IMG/VR virus record: IMGVR_UViG_3300025127_000047
Span: 1-55,716 of that record
Direction: 5' to 3' (one strand)
DNA: 55,716 nucleotides
Source: a virus
Taxonomy: Duplodnaviria > Caudoviricetes
Shown: piece by piece, positions 8,444 through 18,012 of the stretch
How the letters are laid out: each line of letters opens with the position of its first letter
How positions within the stretch are numbered: the stretch's first letter is position 1
The notes under the pieces: generated by a model
Told to the model about the DNA's origin: nothing
Database searches by the model: none
What the model saw: only the letters and a program-made list of their open reading frames with translations
Program-made: the position numbers and the translations under genes

Positions 8444-10200
8444 TGAAAAAATTAATAATACCAATACTTATAATATTAAGTTTGCCTATTTTATTTCAAT
8501 CAACTCCAACAGAAATAATAAAATTAAAAACATTTGATGCTTTAATAAAAACACCAGAGCCATCAGGTAATTTTGTGATACTTAATATTACAGAAGAAGA
8601 TGTAGAACAAGAGGGTGGTTATCCATTACCAAGACAAAGACTTGCTGAAATACAAATGGAGCTTATAAGCAAAGGAGCTTTAGGTGTAGGCTGGGTTATA
8701 TCATTTCCTCAACCAGATAGAATGGGTGGAGATGAAACTTTTGCAAGGTCTTTAGGATATGCACCATCTGTAATAGCTATGTTTGAAGATAATAAAGGTA
8801 GTTATCCAAAAGCAACAGGCACAGTTATACTTGGAAAAAATAATGGTGGTATAATTAGTTTGGGAGTGAAGGAAAACCTATCAACATTATCCTCTCACAC
8901 ACTACAAGGGTTAGCCATTGCTCCCACTGATGTAGACCAGCTTGTAAGAAGAATACCTCTTTTAGTTAAAACACCTGATAATGAATGGATACCTAGTTTT
9001 GGTACACAAATATATAAAGCTTTATTTAATGTAAAAACTTACATTATAAAAACTAATGATAATGGTATATCAGAAATATCAATAAGAGGAATACCACCAG
9101 TTAAAACAGATAGTCTTGGTCGCAAGTGGATTAGTTGGATAAATACAGAACAAACCACTTTAAAAGAAATGAATGTAAATGGTAAGTTTGTATTTGTAGG
9201 TGTAACAGCTAACGGAGTAATGCCACAAATAGCAACACCAGTTGGATTATTAGAGCCACATAAAATACAAACAGCATTAGCAGAAAGTATATTAATACAA
9301 GATAGTCCTTATATACCTGACTGGGCAATAAGTATTAACTTGTTAATATTTATATTAAGTGTTGTTATTGTTTGGTTTGTATTATTTTATTTTGGCATAA
9401 CATGGGGAATAGTATTAAGTTTATTATCTATGTTTACTACAGCTAGTATAGGTTATTACTTTATACAAAAAGGTTTATTAATTGATGTTACTTGGAGTTT
9501 AATATCTCAATTTGTAACAGGAGCTATAGCTTTTTATCTTAGATTTAGAGAGCAATATAAACTTAGACAACAAATTAAAAAACAATTTGAACATTACCTT
9601 GACCCAAGACAAGTTAAACAACTTCAAGATAATCCAGAATTACTTAAATTAGGTGGAGAAAGAAAGTATTGTACTTTTCTTTTTACAGATGTAAGAGGTT
9701 TTACTAGCTTGTCAGAAAAATTAGAACCAGAAGAAGTAACAGAAATTATGAATAAAGCTTTAACCATACAAGCTAATGCTGTTAAAAAATATGGTGGTAT
9801 GGTAGATAAGTATATTGGTGATGCAATGATGGCTATATTTAATGCACCTATAAATATAGATATGCATGAAGATAGAGCTATACTTACAGCTATAGAAATA
9901 AAAAAACAAATGCAAGAAGCTAATCTTAATATTAAAATAGGTATAGGTATAAATAGTGGAGATGCTGTTATTGGAAATATGGGCTCTGAAACTAGATTTG
10001 ATTATACAGCTATAGGAGATGCAGTAAATTTAGCAGCAAGAATGGAAAGCAGTTGTAAAGAAGTAGGAGAAGATATAGTAATAGCAAAAAATACTGCAAT
10101 ACAAACAGATATAAAATTAGAAAAATTAAAACCTATTAAAGTAAAAGGAAAAGAAAAAGCAATAGAAATTTATACTATACAAGGAAACGAACATGGATAG
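8440..10200 (+). CDS. CHASE2-domain membrane-bound class III adenylyl cyclase
   Basis: N-terminal CHASE2-like region (VILNITEE...YPLPR, D.DQLVRRIPL), 3 TM helices, cyclase FTDVRGFT / DKYIGDAMMA / DYTAIGDAVNLAAR. Confidence 0.93.
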   Translation: MMKKLIIPILIILSLPILFQSTPTEIIKLKTFDALIKTPEPSGNFVILNITEEDVEQEGGYPLPRQRLAEIQMELISKGALGVGWVISFPQPDRMGGDETFARSLGYAPSVIAMFEDNKGSYPKATGTVILGKNNGGIISLGVKENLSTLSSHTLQGLAIAPTDVDQLVRRIPLLVKTPDNEWIPSFGTQIYKALFNVKTYIIKTNDNGISEISIRGIPPVKTDSLGRKWISWINTEQTTLKEMNVNGKFVFVGVTANGVMPQIATPVGLLEPHKIQTALAESILIQDSPYIPDWAISINLLIFILSVVIVWFVLFYFGITWGIVLSLLSMFTTASIGYYFIQKGLLIDVTWSLISQFVTGAIAFYLRFREQYKLRQQIKKQFEHYLDPRQVKQLQDNPELLKLGGERKYCTFLFTDVRGFTSLSEKLEPEEVTEIMNKALTIQANAVKKYGGMVDKYIGDAMMAIFNAPINIDMHEDRAILTAIEIKKQMQEANLNIKIGIGINSGDAVIGNMGSETRFDYTAIGDAVNLAARMESSCKEVGEDIVIAKNTAIQTDIKLEKLKPIKVKGKEKAIEIYTIQGNEHG

Positions 10201-10405
10201 ATTATTAACTGTAAGAGATGTAGCTGAAGATTTAGCTGTATCAAAAAAAGAAAATGAAGAAAGATGGAAAACAGCTTTTAATGAGTTTTCAGATATTAAA
10301 CAAGAAATAGGTAGTATTAATAACACAATGCGAATGGCAACCTTTGGAGTATTTGGATTTCTTGGTGCTTTAGCTATCGCAGTAGTAACGAGTATGTTGG
10401 TATAA
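10193..10405 (+). CDS. Small coiled-coil protein with C-terminal TM helix (lysis-associated?)
   Basis: Hydrophobic C-terminus; lies between the cyclase and the holin. Confidence 0.6.
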   Translation: MDRLLTVRDVAEDLAVSKKENEERWKTAFNEFSDIKQEIGSINNTMRMATFGVFGFLGALAIAVVTSMLV

Positions 10406-10407
10406 AA

Positions 10408-10887
10408 ATGAAAGGATTATTAAAAAATATAGTTGGTGCAGTAGCTCCTACACTTGGAACAGCAATAGCAGGACCAATGGGTAATATGGCTTTAGGCAAA
10501 ATAGCTGAAGTATTAGGTTGTTCAGCAGACCAAAAATCTGTGCAAAAAGCTGTACAAAATGCAACACCAGAACAAATGTTACAGTTAAAAAAAGCTGAAC
10601 AAGAGTTTGAAGTACAAATGAAAGAGCTAGATGTAGATGTTTTTAAACTTGAAGCACAAGAAAAACAACACGCAAGAAGTATGTTTAGTAAAGATTGGAC
10701 TGCTCGTATTATTGGTTTGGTAACTATAGCTGGATTTCTTGGATACATATTTTTAGTAACACTACAACCACCAGAACAAAACTCTGAAGCACTTATAAAT
10801 TTAGTGCTAGGTTATTTAGGAGGATTAGCAAGTGCAATTATTTCGTTCTATTTTGGAGCATCTAATTCCAGTAACAAAGGAGAATAA
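10408..10887 (+). CDS. Putative holin (GTA 3TM-holin-like)
   Basis: VAPTLGTAIAGP N-terminus, C-terminal TM helices ending IISFYFGAS; precedes the lysozyme. Confidence 0.7.
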   Translation: MKGLLKNIVGAVAPTLGTAIAGPMGNMALGKIAEVLGCSADQKSVQKAVQNATPEQMLQLKKAEQEFEVQMKELDVDVFKLEAQEKQHARSMFSKDWTARIIGLVTIAGFLGYIFLVTLQPPEQNSEALINLVLGYLGGLASAIISFYFGASNSSNKGE

Positions 10888-10888
10888 A

Positions 10889-11332
10889 ATGGAAACATCA
10901 CAAGAAGGATTATCTTTAATTAAAAAGTTTGAAGGTTGTAAACTTGAAGCTTATAAATGTGCTGCCGGTGTTTGGACTATAGGATATGGAAGTACTGATG
11001 GAGTAAACGAAGGTATGAAAATATCCCAAGAAAGAGCAGATATGTTATTGCTTGAAGATGTAGAAGTATTTGAAGAAGCTATAAATAAACTTGTAAAAGT
11101 AAATTTAGAACAAAATCAATTTGATGCTCTTATATCATGGACATTTAATCTTGGAGAAACTAATTTAAAAAACTCTACTTTATTAAAAGTATTAAACAAT
11201 AAAGATTATGAAGGAGTTCCTGCACAAATAAAAAGATGGAATAAAGCAGGTGGTAAAGTATTACAAGGTTTAATAAGAAGACGAGAAGCAGAAGCCTTAC
11301 TATTTGAAGGCAAAGAATGGCATGAGGTATAA
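10889..11332 (+). CDS. Endolysin, GH24 phage lysozyme
   Basis: LIKKFEGC.L.AY.C.AGVWTIGYG, QNQFDALISWTFNLG, GLIRRREAEA; start moved to ATG 10889 behind GGAG. Confidence 0.95.
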   Translation: METSQEGLSLIKKFEGCKLEAYKCAAGVWTIGYGSTDGVNEGMKISQERADMLLLEDVEVFEEAINKLVKVNLEQNQFDALISWTFNLGETNLKNSTLLKVLNNKDYEGVPAQIKRWNKAGGKVLQGLIRRREAEALLFEGKEWHEV

Positions 11333-11334
11333 CT

Positions 11335-13203
11335 ATGCCGTTTGCAAAGTTTGAATTTAAACCCGGAATAAACAAAGAAGGAACTAATTATTCTAATGAA
11401 AATGGTTGGTTTGATGCTGATAAAATTAGATTTAGAAAAGGCAGACCAGAAAAAATAGGTGGTTGGGAAAAATATACTTCTAATACTTTTATAGGAACTT
11501 GTAGAAAAATTCATGTATATAGTGATATAGAACAAACTAAATATAAAATATTAGGCACACATAAAAAACTTTATGTACTAGAAGGAGATATATATAACGA
11601 CATAACTCCTATCAGAAGTACAACATCTGCAGGAGATGTAACTTTTGCGGCAACTAATGGAAGCTCAACAATTACAGCAACCGATACTTCTCATGGTGCA
11701 GTAGCAGGAGACTTTGTTACATTTAGTGATGCTGCTACTTTAGGTGGCAATATTACAGCAGCAGTTTTAAATCAAGAATATGAAATAGTTTCTATACCTA
11801 GTTCTAATACATTTACATTTATAGCTAAAGATACAAGCGGAACTGAAGTAACTGCAAACAGTAGTGATACTGGTAATGGTGGTAGTTCTACAGTAGGTGC
11901 TTATCAAATTAATGTAGGCTTAGATGTTTTTGTATCATCAACAGGTTGGGGTGTAGATTCATGGGGTGCAGGAACATTTGGTTCATCAACAGCTTTATCT
12001 TTAACTAATCAATTAAGATTATGGACTATAGATAATTTTGGAGATGATGTTATAGCAGCACCTAGAGGTGGACCTTTATATTACTGGGACGAGTCCAGTG
12101 GTTTAGGAACAAGAGCAGTATTAGGTAGTACTAAAAGTGGTGCAAGTGATACGCCAGTAGCAATATCTCAATTATTAATGTCAGATGTTGACCGCCATGT
12201 TATAGCTTTAGGTTGTAATCCAATAGGCTCATCTACGATTGACCCATTATTAGTTAGATTTTCAGATGCAGAAAATGCAGTAGATTGGACACCGACAGCA
12301 ACAAATTCTGCTGGTGGCGTAAGGTTATCTACAGGTAGTTTAATTGTAGGTGGTTTACAAACAAGACAAGAAATACTTATATGGACAGATGTGGGCGTAG
12401 TTTCTATGCGTTTTGTTGGACAACCTTTTATATTTAGTTTTAATGAAGTAGCAACAGGTATGTCTTTAATATCTCCAAATGCTGCAGCTACTGCAGGTGG
12501 AGTAGTTTACTTTATGGACGATGGAGCTTTTTATCAATATGCAGGTTCTGTTCAAAAATTACCATGTACAGTATTAGATTATATATTTAGTGATTTTAAT
12601 AAAGGACAAGCTTATAAAATTTTTGCAGCACCTAATCCTAAATACAATGAAGTAATTTGGTTTTATCCTAGTGCTAGTTCAACAGAAATAGATAGATATG
12701 TAACTTATAATTATTTAGAAAATAGTTGGAGTATAGGAACAACTAATGATGGTTTTGTTAGAACAGCATGGAATCCAGCATATAGTTTAGATTACCCAAT
12801 AGCTGCTAGTAAAAATGATGACTCTGGTTTAAATTATTTATATAACCAAGAGTTTGGTTGTTTAGCAGATGGAAATGGATTTACTGCTTTTATAGAATCA
12901 TCTGATTTTGACTTAGACCCAGCAGGAGAAAAGTTTATGTTTATGTCTAAGTTAATACCAGATTTAGAATTTAGAAAATCATCTGATACAGGTAACACAG
13001 TAGATTTTATAATTAAAGGTAGAGATTATCCTTTACAAGATTTATCTACATTATCCACAACATCTGTTACACCTAGTTCTACTTTTGCAAATATTAGAGG
13101 TAGAAGCAGACAAAGTGCAATAAGAGTTAGCAATACTAATGGTGATTTTGGTTGGCGATTAGGTGATATAAGATTAGAATTAAGACAAGATGGTAAAAGA
13201 TAA
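11335..13203 (+). CDS. Tail stabilisation/nozzle protein (P22 gp10 / tail tubular B-like)
   Basis: 622 aa, beta-rich; podovirus position ahead of the ejection genes; C-terminal WRLGDIRLELRQDGKR. Confidence 0.65.
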   Translation: MPFAKFEFKPGINKEGTNYSNENGWFDADKIRFRKGRPEKIGGWEKYTSNTFIGTCRKIHVYSDIEQTKYKILGTHKKLYVLEGDIYNDITPIRSTTSAGDVTFAATNGSSTITATDTSHGAVAGDFVTFSDAATLGGNITAAVLNQEYEIVSIPSSNTFTFIAKDTSGTEVTANSSDTGNGGSSTVGAYQINVGLDVFVSSTGWGVDSWGAGTFGSSTALSLTNQLRLWTIDNFGDDVIAAPRGGPLYYWDESSGLGTRAVLGSTKSGASDTPVAISQLLMSDVDRHVIALGCNPIGSSTIDPLLVRFSDAENAVDWTPTATNSAGGVRLSTGSLIVGGLQTRQEILIWTDVGVVSMRFVGQPFIFSFNEVATGMSLISPNAAATAGGVVYFMDDGAFYQYAGSVQKLPCTVLDYIFSDFNKGQAYKIFAAPNPKYNEVIWFYPSASSTEIDRYVTYNYLENSWSIGTTNDGFVRTAWNPAYSLDYPIAASKNDDSGLNYLYNQEFGCLADGNGFTAFIESSDFDLDPAGEKFMFMSKLIPDLEFRKSSDTGNTVDFIIKGRDYPLQDLSTLSTTSVTPSSTFANIRGRSRQSAIRVSNTNGDFGWRLGDIRLELRQDGKR

Positions 13204-13406
13204 TGGCAGATAAAAGTGCAGTTCCATTACCGATAGCAACTCTTGAATATAATGAGTTAAATGAATCTATAACTAGAAGAACAATAGAACAAACTTTTCA
13301 AGATATAAATTCAGATATAGGTAATGCTAAAAGAAAACAAGATAGTGTAAGTAGTAAAGCTATGCGAAGGCATCAGTTTTTGTTAATGGGAGCAGGTAAT
13401 GGCTGA
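13203..13406 (+). CDS. Small virion-module protein
   Basis: TAATG coupling; context. Confidence 0.55.
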   Translation: MADKSAVPLPIATLEYNELNESITRRTIEQTFQDINSDIGNAKRKQDSVSSKAMRRHQFLLMGAGNG

Positions 13407-13737
13407 TAGTTTAAAAGTACTAGGACAAGTTGACCCAGCAGCTACTACCACTACAGTTCTTTATACAGTACCAGATAAAACCCAAACAACAGTTAGTTCT
13501 ATAGTAGCTGCAAATAGAACAGGCTCTGCAATAACATTTAGATTAAGTGTTCATGTAGGCGGAGCAAGTGCAGATGATAAACAATATCTTTATTATGATA
13601 AATCTGTAGCAGCAAATGACACTTTAACCATTGTAATAGGTATAACACTAGACCAAACAGATGTTATAAAAGTTTATACCAGTGCAGTAGATATGAGTTT
13701 TAATATATTTGGTTGTGAAACAACCGAGGAAAGATAA
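13399..13737 (+). CDS. Small beta-rich virion protein
   Basis: LYTVP...T.VSSIVAAN pattern; context. Confidence 0.6.
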   Translation: MADSLKVLGQVDPAATTTTVLYTVPDKTQTTVSSIVAANRTGSAITFRLSVHVGGASADDKQYLYYDKSVAANDTLTIVIGITLDQTDVIKVYTSAVDMSFNIFGCETTEER

Positions 13738-16608
13738 ATGGATATAAGACAACAAACCCAAAATGTAGCAGCACAAGGTCGTTATGGCGACAGTATGTTG
13801 CTTCATGTTAATCCTGCAGAAGTGCAAGGTTTAGCATCTGTAATGCCATTAACAAAGAATCCAGAAACAGGACAGCCTGAAGCTTTTTTACCTTTCTTAG
13901 CACCGCTATTAGGTAGTATGGCTGGTACTGCTTTGTTTACAGGTTTAAGTCCAGCAGTTGCTGGAGCATTAGGTTCTGGTATAGCAACTGCTATTCAAAC
14001 AGGTGATTTAAAAGAAGGAATAATATCAGGTATAACAGGGTTTGGTTTAGGTAAAGCATTTGGTGCTGCTGGTATTGGAGCAGAAGGTAGAGCTCTTGAA
14101 GCAGGTAGTGCTGCAAATGCAGCAGCTGATGCTGCAAATTTAGCTACAGGAGAAGGTGTTAAACAAGCACTAGCTGCTGAAGCAGCTTCAAACACAGCAC
14201 AAACTGCTGCTCAAACAGCTGCTGAACAAACACTTGGTCAAGGAGCTTCAGCTTTTGCAGATGCAATATCTAAACCGGGAGCATACTTACCAATAGTTGC
14301 AGGAGAAGGAACTTTAGAAACTCAAAGACAACAGGAAGCTTTTGAAAAAGCAATGAGAGAATATGAGCTTGGACAAAAACAAAGAGAAGAAGAAATGTAT
14401 GCTATGTATCCAGAGCAAATACCAATGAGTAGTCCATATGCTTATATGGCAGAAGGTGGAGAAATTCCAATGCCTGAAAATGTAAAAGGAGGTATTGGCA
14501 ATGTAAGTTTTTTACCCGGAAAAGGAAGACTAAGAAGACCATTTATGCCACCTAGACAATTAGTAATACCTGACCCTAATAGTTTTGAAGCTGCTATGTC
14601 TGGGCAACTTGATAGAACTTATAAAGAACCTCAACAAATTTCACGACCTGTAACAGCAGAAGCTGTACCTATAACTGACCCAACAACAGGTATGCCTATG
14701 GTATATCCTGAAGGAAGTGAATTTGCAGGACAACCAATACCATCAGGACAATTTAAACCATCTGATAATTACAGACCCGGAATAGACCCAGAGTTTAATT
14801 ATTTACCCGGAGGTAATAGACCTGCTTCATTTTTAGGTAACTATCTTGGACAAACTGGTGCTGATTTAGGAGGAGTTAATCCTTATGTGGCTGGAGATGT
14901 ATTAGAAGCTTATGGATATGGACTTCCCTATGACATGATGAATCCTTATGGAAACCCTTATGGAAATCCTTTTGATATAGGAATAGGTAATCCTTTTGGA
15001 AACCCTTACGGAAATCCTTTTGGAAACCCTTACGGAAATCCTTTTGGAAATCCTTATGATAATCCTTTTGAAAAACCTTATGAAGAATATCCTCCAATGG
15101 ACCCTGTAATTCCTTTTGGAGCTGAAATGGATTTTATGAACTTTAGTAACTTACCAAACTTAGGAGCAAACTTAGGAACTTATACAGGAAATCCATTTGG
15201 ACAAAATGATTTTACAACATCACAATTTATGCGTGATGATTTTATGATGCCACCATTAAGGGATATGGACTTTACTAATATTGGAGATGCTTATGGTTTA
15301 GGAAATTTAACTAATCCAAATTCAGAAGTAACAAACTTTCCAATGCCTAATCCAAATTTAAAAGGCTTACCAGATAATCTTGAAGACCTTGCAAACCAAG
15401 GATATTTTGGAACACCAAAAATAGATAATGACAGAATTAGTGATAATCAACTAACTGATATAAAAGGACCTATGATAAATACTACAGTAGGACCTAATAA
15501 TATTCCACCTGCGGGTAGAGGTGATTATGAACCTATTGATGATTTCAGACCTGTAACAGATATGTTAGCTAGACTGCCTGTAACAGATATGTTAGCTAGA
15601 CCTAAGTTTGATAGACAACCTATAAGAAGACCTGCGATTTCAGGTTTAGAAAATAGAGATTTAATGGACATTGATTCTTTAATAACTCCAATAGAGCAAT
15701 CACAAATACAAGCTTCTTTATTACCAAATGATTTAGCCCGACAAGCAGCTATGGATAATTTAGTAAATGCTGATGACCTTAATGCTAGTATGAGACCTAT
15801 ACTTCAACAACCACAACCTCCTCAAACTGGTGGCATACCAGTAACAGGTGGTGGACCAATAGGTAGTGGAATATTACCTGAAGCTAATTTACCTTCAGGA
15901 CCAACAGCTCCAACTGCACCTGCATCAGGAGCTAGACAAATACCATCAGGACCAGCTATGGGTGGGATAACTGCTATACCAACTCCAATACAAAATCCTT
16001 TTATGCAATTACCAACACCACCTATGCGTGATGATTTTATGTCAATAGATAGATTTAATCCTATTGCTATGCCATTTGGAATGGAAGAAGGAAGACAAAT
16101 ACCTGATGATGCAAAAGGATTACAAGCTTTAGCTAAAACAGAAAAAGGAAAAGATGCTGTAAGGGAAATGGGATATAAATTACAAGCAGGTGGATTAACA
16201 CCTAGCCCAGAAGAACTACAAGAAGTACAAATGGCTATACTGGGACAAATGCCAAATAACCAACAAGTTATTGATATGTTTGTAGAAAAATACGGCAATG
16301 AAATATTTGTAATGATAAGAGAACAAATTCTTAATCCAGAAGGAAACAGACAAACACAAGGCATGATAGAAGGTATGGGCGGTGGAATGGACGACCAAGT
16401 ATTAGGAATGATTGGTAGTCAACAAGCTGTAGCTGTATCTCCGGGTGAGTACATTGTACCAGCAGATGTTGTATCAGGATTAGGAGATGGTTCTTCTGAT
16501 GCAGGTGCAAAAGAACTTGATGGTCTATTAGATAGAGTTAGACAAGAAAGAACTAATACAACTAAACAACCAAAAGAATTAAATAAAGGAAAGGTATTAC
16601 CTAAATGA
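13738..16608 (+). CDS. Internal virion/ejection protein with low-complexity Pro-rich middle
   Basis: N-terminal GRYGDSMLLHVNPAEV...NPETGQPEAF and glycine-zipper helices; C-terminal G.GGGMDD...VSPGEYIVPADVVS. Confidence 0.7.
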   Translation: MDIRQQTQNVAAQGRYGDSMLLHVNPAEVQGLASVMPLTKNPETGQPEAFLPFLAPLLGSMAGTALFTGLSPAVAGALGSGIATAIQTGDLKEGIISGITGFGLGKAFGAAGIGAEGRALEAGSAANAAADAANLATGEGVKQALAAEAASNTAQTAAQTAAEQTLGQGASAFADAISKPGAYLPIVAGEGTLETQRQQEAFEKAMREYELGQKQREEEMYAMYPEQIPMSSPYAYMAEGGEIPMPENVKGGIGNVSFLPGKGRLRRPFMPPRQLVIPDPNSFEAAMSGQLDRTYKEPQQISRPVTAEAVPITDPTTGMPMVYPEGSEFAGQPIPSGQFKPSDNYRPGIDPEFNYLPGGNRPASFLGNYLGQTGADLGGVNPYVAGDVLEAYGYGLPYDMMNPYGNPYGNPFDIGIGNPFGNPYGNPFGNPYGNPFGNPYDNPFEKPYEEYPPMDPVIPFGAEMDFMNFSNLPNLGANLGTYTGNPFGQNDFTTSQFMRDDFMMPPLRDMDFTNIGDAYGLGNLTNPNSEVTNFPMPNPNLKGLPDNLEDLANQGYFGTPKIDNDRISDNQLTDIKGPMINTTVGPNNIPPAGRGDYEPIDDFRPVTDMLARLPVTDMLARPKFDRQPIRRPAISGLENRDLMDIDSLITPIEQSQIQASLLPNDLARQAAMDNLVNADDLNASMRPILQQPQPPQTGGIPVTGGGPIGSGILPEANLPSGPTAPTAPASGARQIPSGPAMGGITAIPTPIQNPFMQLPTPPMRDDFMSIDRFNPIAMPFGMEEGRQIPDDAKGLQALAKTEKGKDAVREMGYKLQAGGLTPSPEELQEVQMAILGQMPNNQQVIDMFVEKYGNEIFVMIREQILNPEGNRQTQGMIEGMGGGMDDQVLGMIGSQQAVAVSPGEYIVPADVVSGLGDGSSDAGAKELDGLLDRVRQERTNTTKQPKELNKGKVLPK
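14941..15080 (+). repeat. In-frame 12-bp tandem repeat encoding NP(Y/F)G
   Basis: AA(T/C)CCTT(AT/AC/TT)GGA units; about 10 copies; exact 24-bp duplications. Confidence 0.9.
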
Positions 16609-17090
16609 GTAATGTAGTTAAAATAAAAGAAAACAATAACAACACTTACAAAGTAAATAATAATTATATTGTTACTTTAGTTCCTCATCATTACATGGGA
16701 ACTATTTGGAATGATGTAGAAAAATATTTACAAAAAGCAGTTAAAAGGTCTAAAGGTAGATGGACTATAGACTATTTAAAAAATGCTATTAAAAAAGCAG
16801 AACAAGAACTTTGGGTAATTTTTACAGAAGAAGATAATGAAATAATTGGTGCAGCTACTACTGAATTTGTTTACTATCCAAATAGTAAAAAAGTTGCCGT
16901 GCAATATTTAGGTGGAGAAAATTTACCTGACTGGGCATGGAATTATTTAACAACAGTAGAAGCTTGGGCTAAAGATAATAAATGTGATGGTATAGAGTGT
17001 ACAGCTAGATTTGGTATGTGGAAATGGTTAGGCAAATCTGGTTGGGAAAAATCTTATACAATTTTTGAAAAGAGGTTTAACAATGGGTAA
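16605..17090 (+). CDS. GNAT-like acetyltransferase (podovirus internal-virion-module type)
   Basis: LWV...IIGAATTE...YLGG...W...E.WAKDNKCDGIE..AR.G.WK pattern. Confidence 0.6.
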   Translation: MSNVVKIKENNNNTYKVNNNYIVTLVPHHYMGTIWNDVEKYLQKAVKRSKGRWTIDYLKNAIKKAEQELWVIFTEEDNEIIGAATTEFVYYPNSKKVAVQYLGGENLPDWAWNYLTTVEAWAKDNKCDGIECTARFGMWKWLGKSGWEKSYTIFEKRFNNG

Positions 17091-17994
17091 AGGAAGAAGC
17101 AGCAGTAGTGCTCCACAACAAACAGAAGTAAAACAAACAACTACTAATTTACCAGAATATGCAGCACCATATTTTACTAGGTTATTAGGCAGAACAGAGT
17201 ATGAGTCTTTAAATCCATATAGAACTTATACAGGTCAAAGACTTGCAGAAAGAAGTCCAATAGCTGAACAAGTACAAGCAAGACAAACTGCTTTAGGATT
17301 AGCAGGTGCTCCAAGAGAAATGGCAGAAGCATCACAATTTGCTAGAGAAAGTGTAGTAAATCCACAAAGATTTAATACTGGTATAGCTAGTATGTATATG
17401 AATCCTTTTCAAAGATTAGTTACCGATATAGAAAAACGAGAAGCAACAAAAGCATCTGATATAACAGGAGAACAAATAGAAGGACGAGCAGCTCAATCTG
17501 GTGGTTTAGGTGGTTATCGTGAAGCTATACTTCAAGCAGAACGACAAAAAAATCTAGGACAACAATTAGGCGATATAGAAGCTAAAGGACAAAGAGATGC
17601 TTTTTCACAAGCACAAGAACAGTTTGAAAGAGATAGAGCCAATCAATTAAATGCTGCAAGACAACGATTAGGAGCAGCACAATTTTTAGGTAGTCAAGCT
17701 CCAATGCAACAACGACTAGCTTTTGATAGATTAAAAGCAGCACAAGAAGCACAAGAAGTAGGCAGAAACTTTAGACAGGCTGGGTTAGATATAGGTTATA
17801 AAGACTTCTTAAACCAAATAGCTTACCCAAGACAACAGTTAGGTTTTTATGGACAAATACTGCAAGGCTTACCAGTAACACCGGGAACACAAGTTTCACA
17901 GTACGCACCTGCTCCTTCAACTACACAGCAGTTATTAGGACTAGGTTTAGGTGGATTAGGTTTATACAGAGCTTTATCAGGTGGACAAGGATAA
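17083..17994 (+). CDS. DNA transfer/ejection protein
   Basis: MGKG.SSS start, LPEYAAPY, YMNPFQ, Gln/Ala-rich helices, C-terminal GLGLGGLGLY; start moved to ATG 17083. Confidence 0.7.
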   Translation: MGKGRSSSSAPQQTEVKQTTTNLPEYAAPYFTRLLGRTEYESLNPYRTYTGQRLAERSPIAEQVQARQTALGLAGAPREMAEASQFARESVVNPQRFNTGIASMYMNPFQRLVTDIEKREATKASDITGEQIEGRAAQSGGLGGYREAILQAERQKNLGQQLGDIEAKGQRDAFSQAQEQFERDRANQLNAARQRLGAAQFLGSQAPMQQRLAFDRLKAAQEAQEVGRNFRQAGLDIGYKDFLNQIAYPRQQLGFYGQILQGLPVTPGTQVSQYAPAPSTTQQLLGLGLGGLGLYRALSGGQG

Positions 17995-18012
17995 ATATTA
18001 AAGGATTAATAA

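Noticed and set aside
8440-10200. Cyclase as a Pycsar/CBASS defence component
   Set aside because: It has a CHASE2-TM receptor architecture and ATP-type specificity residues, and no adjacent cyclic-nucleotide-binding effector
14876-15097. Repeat region as a CRISPR array, or the minus-strand KDFQKDFR ORF
   Set aside because: 12-bp in-frame tandem units without spacers; explained by the plus-strand NP(Y/F)G coding repeat
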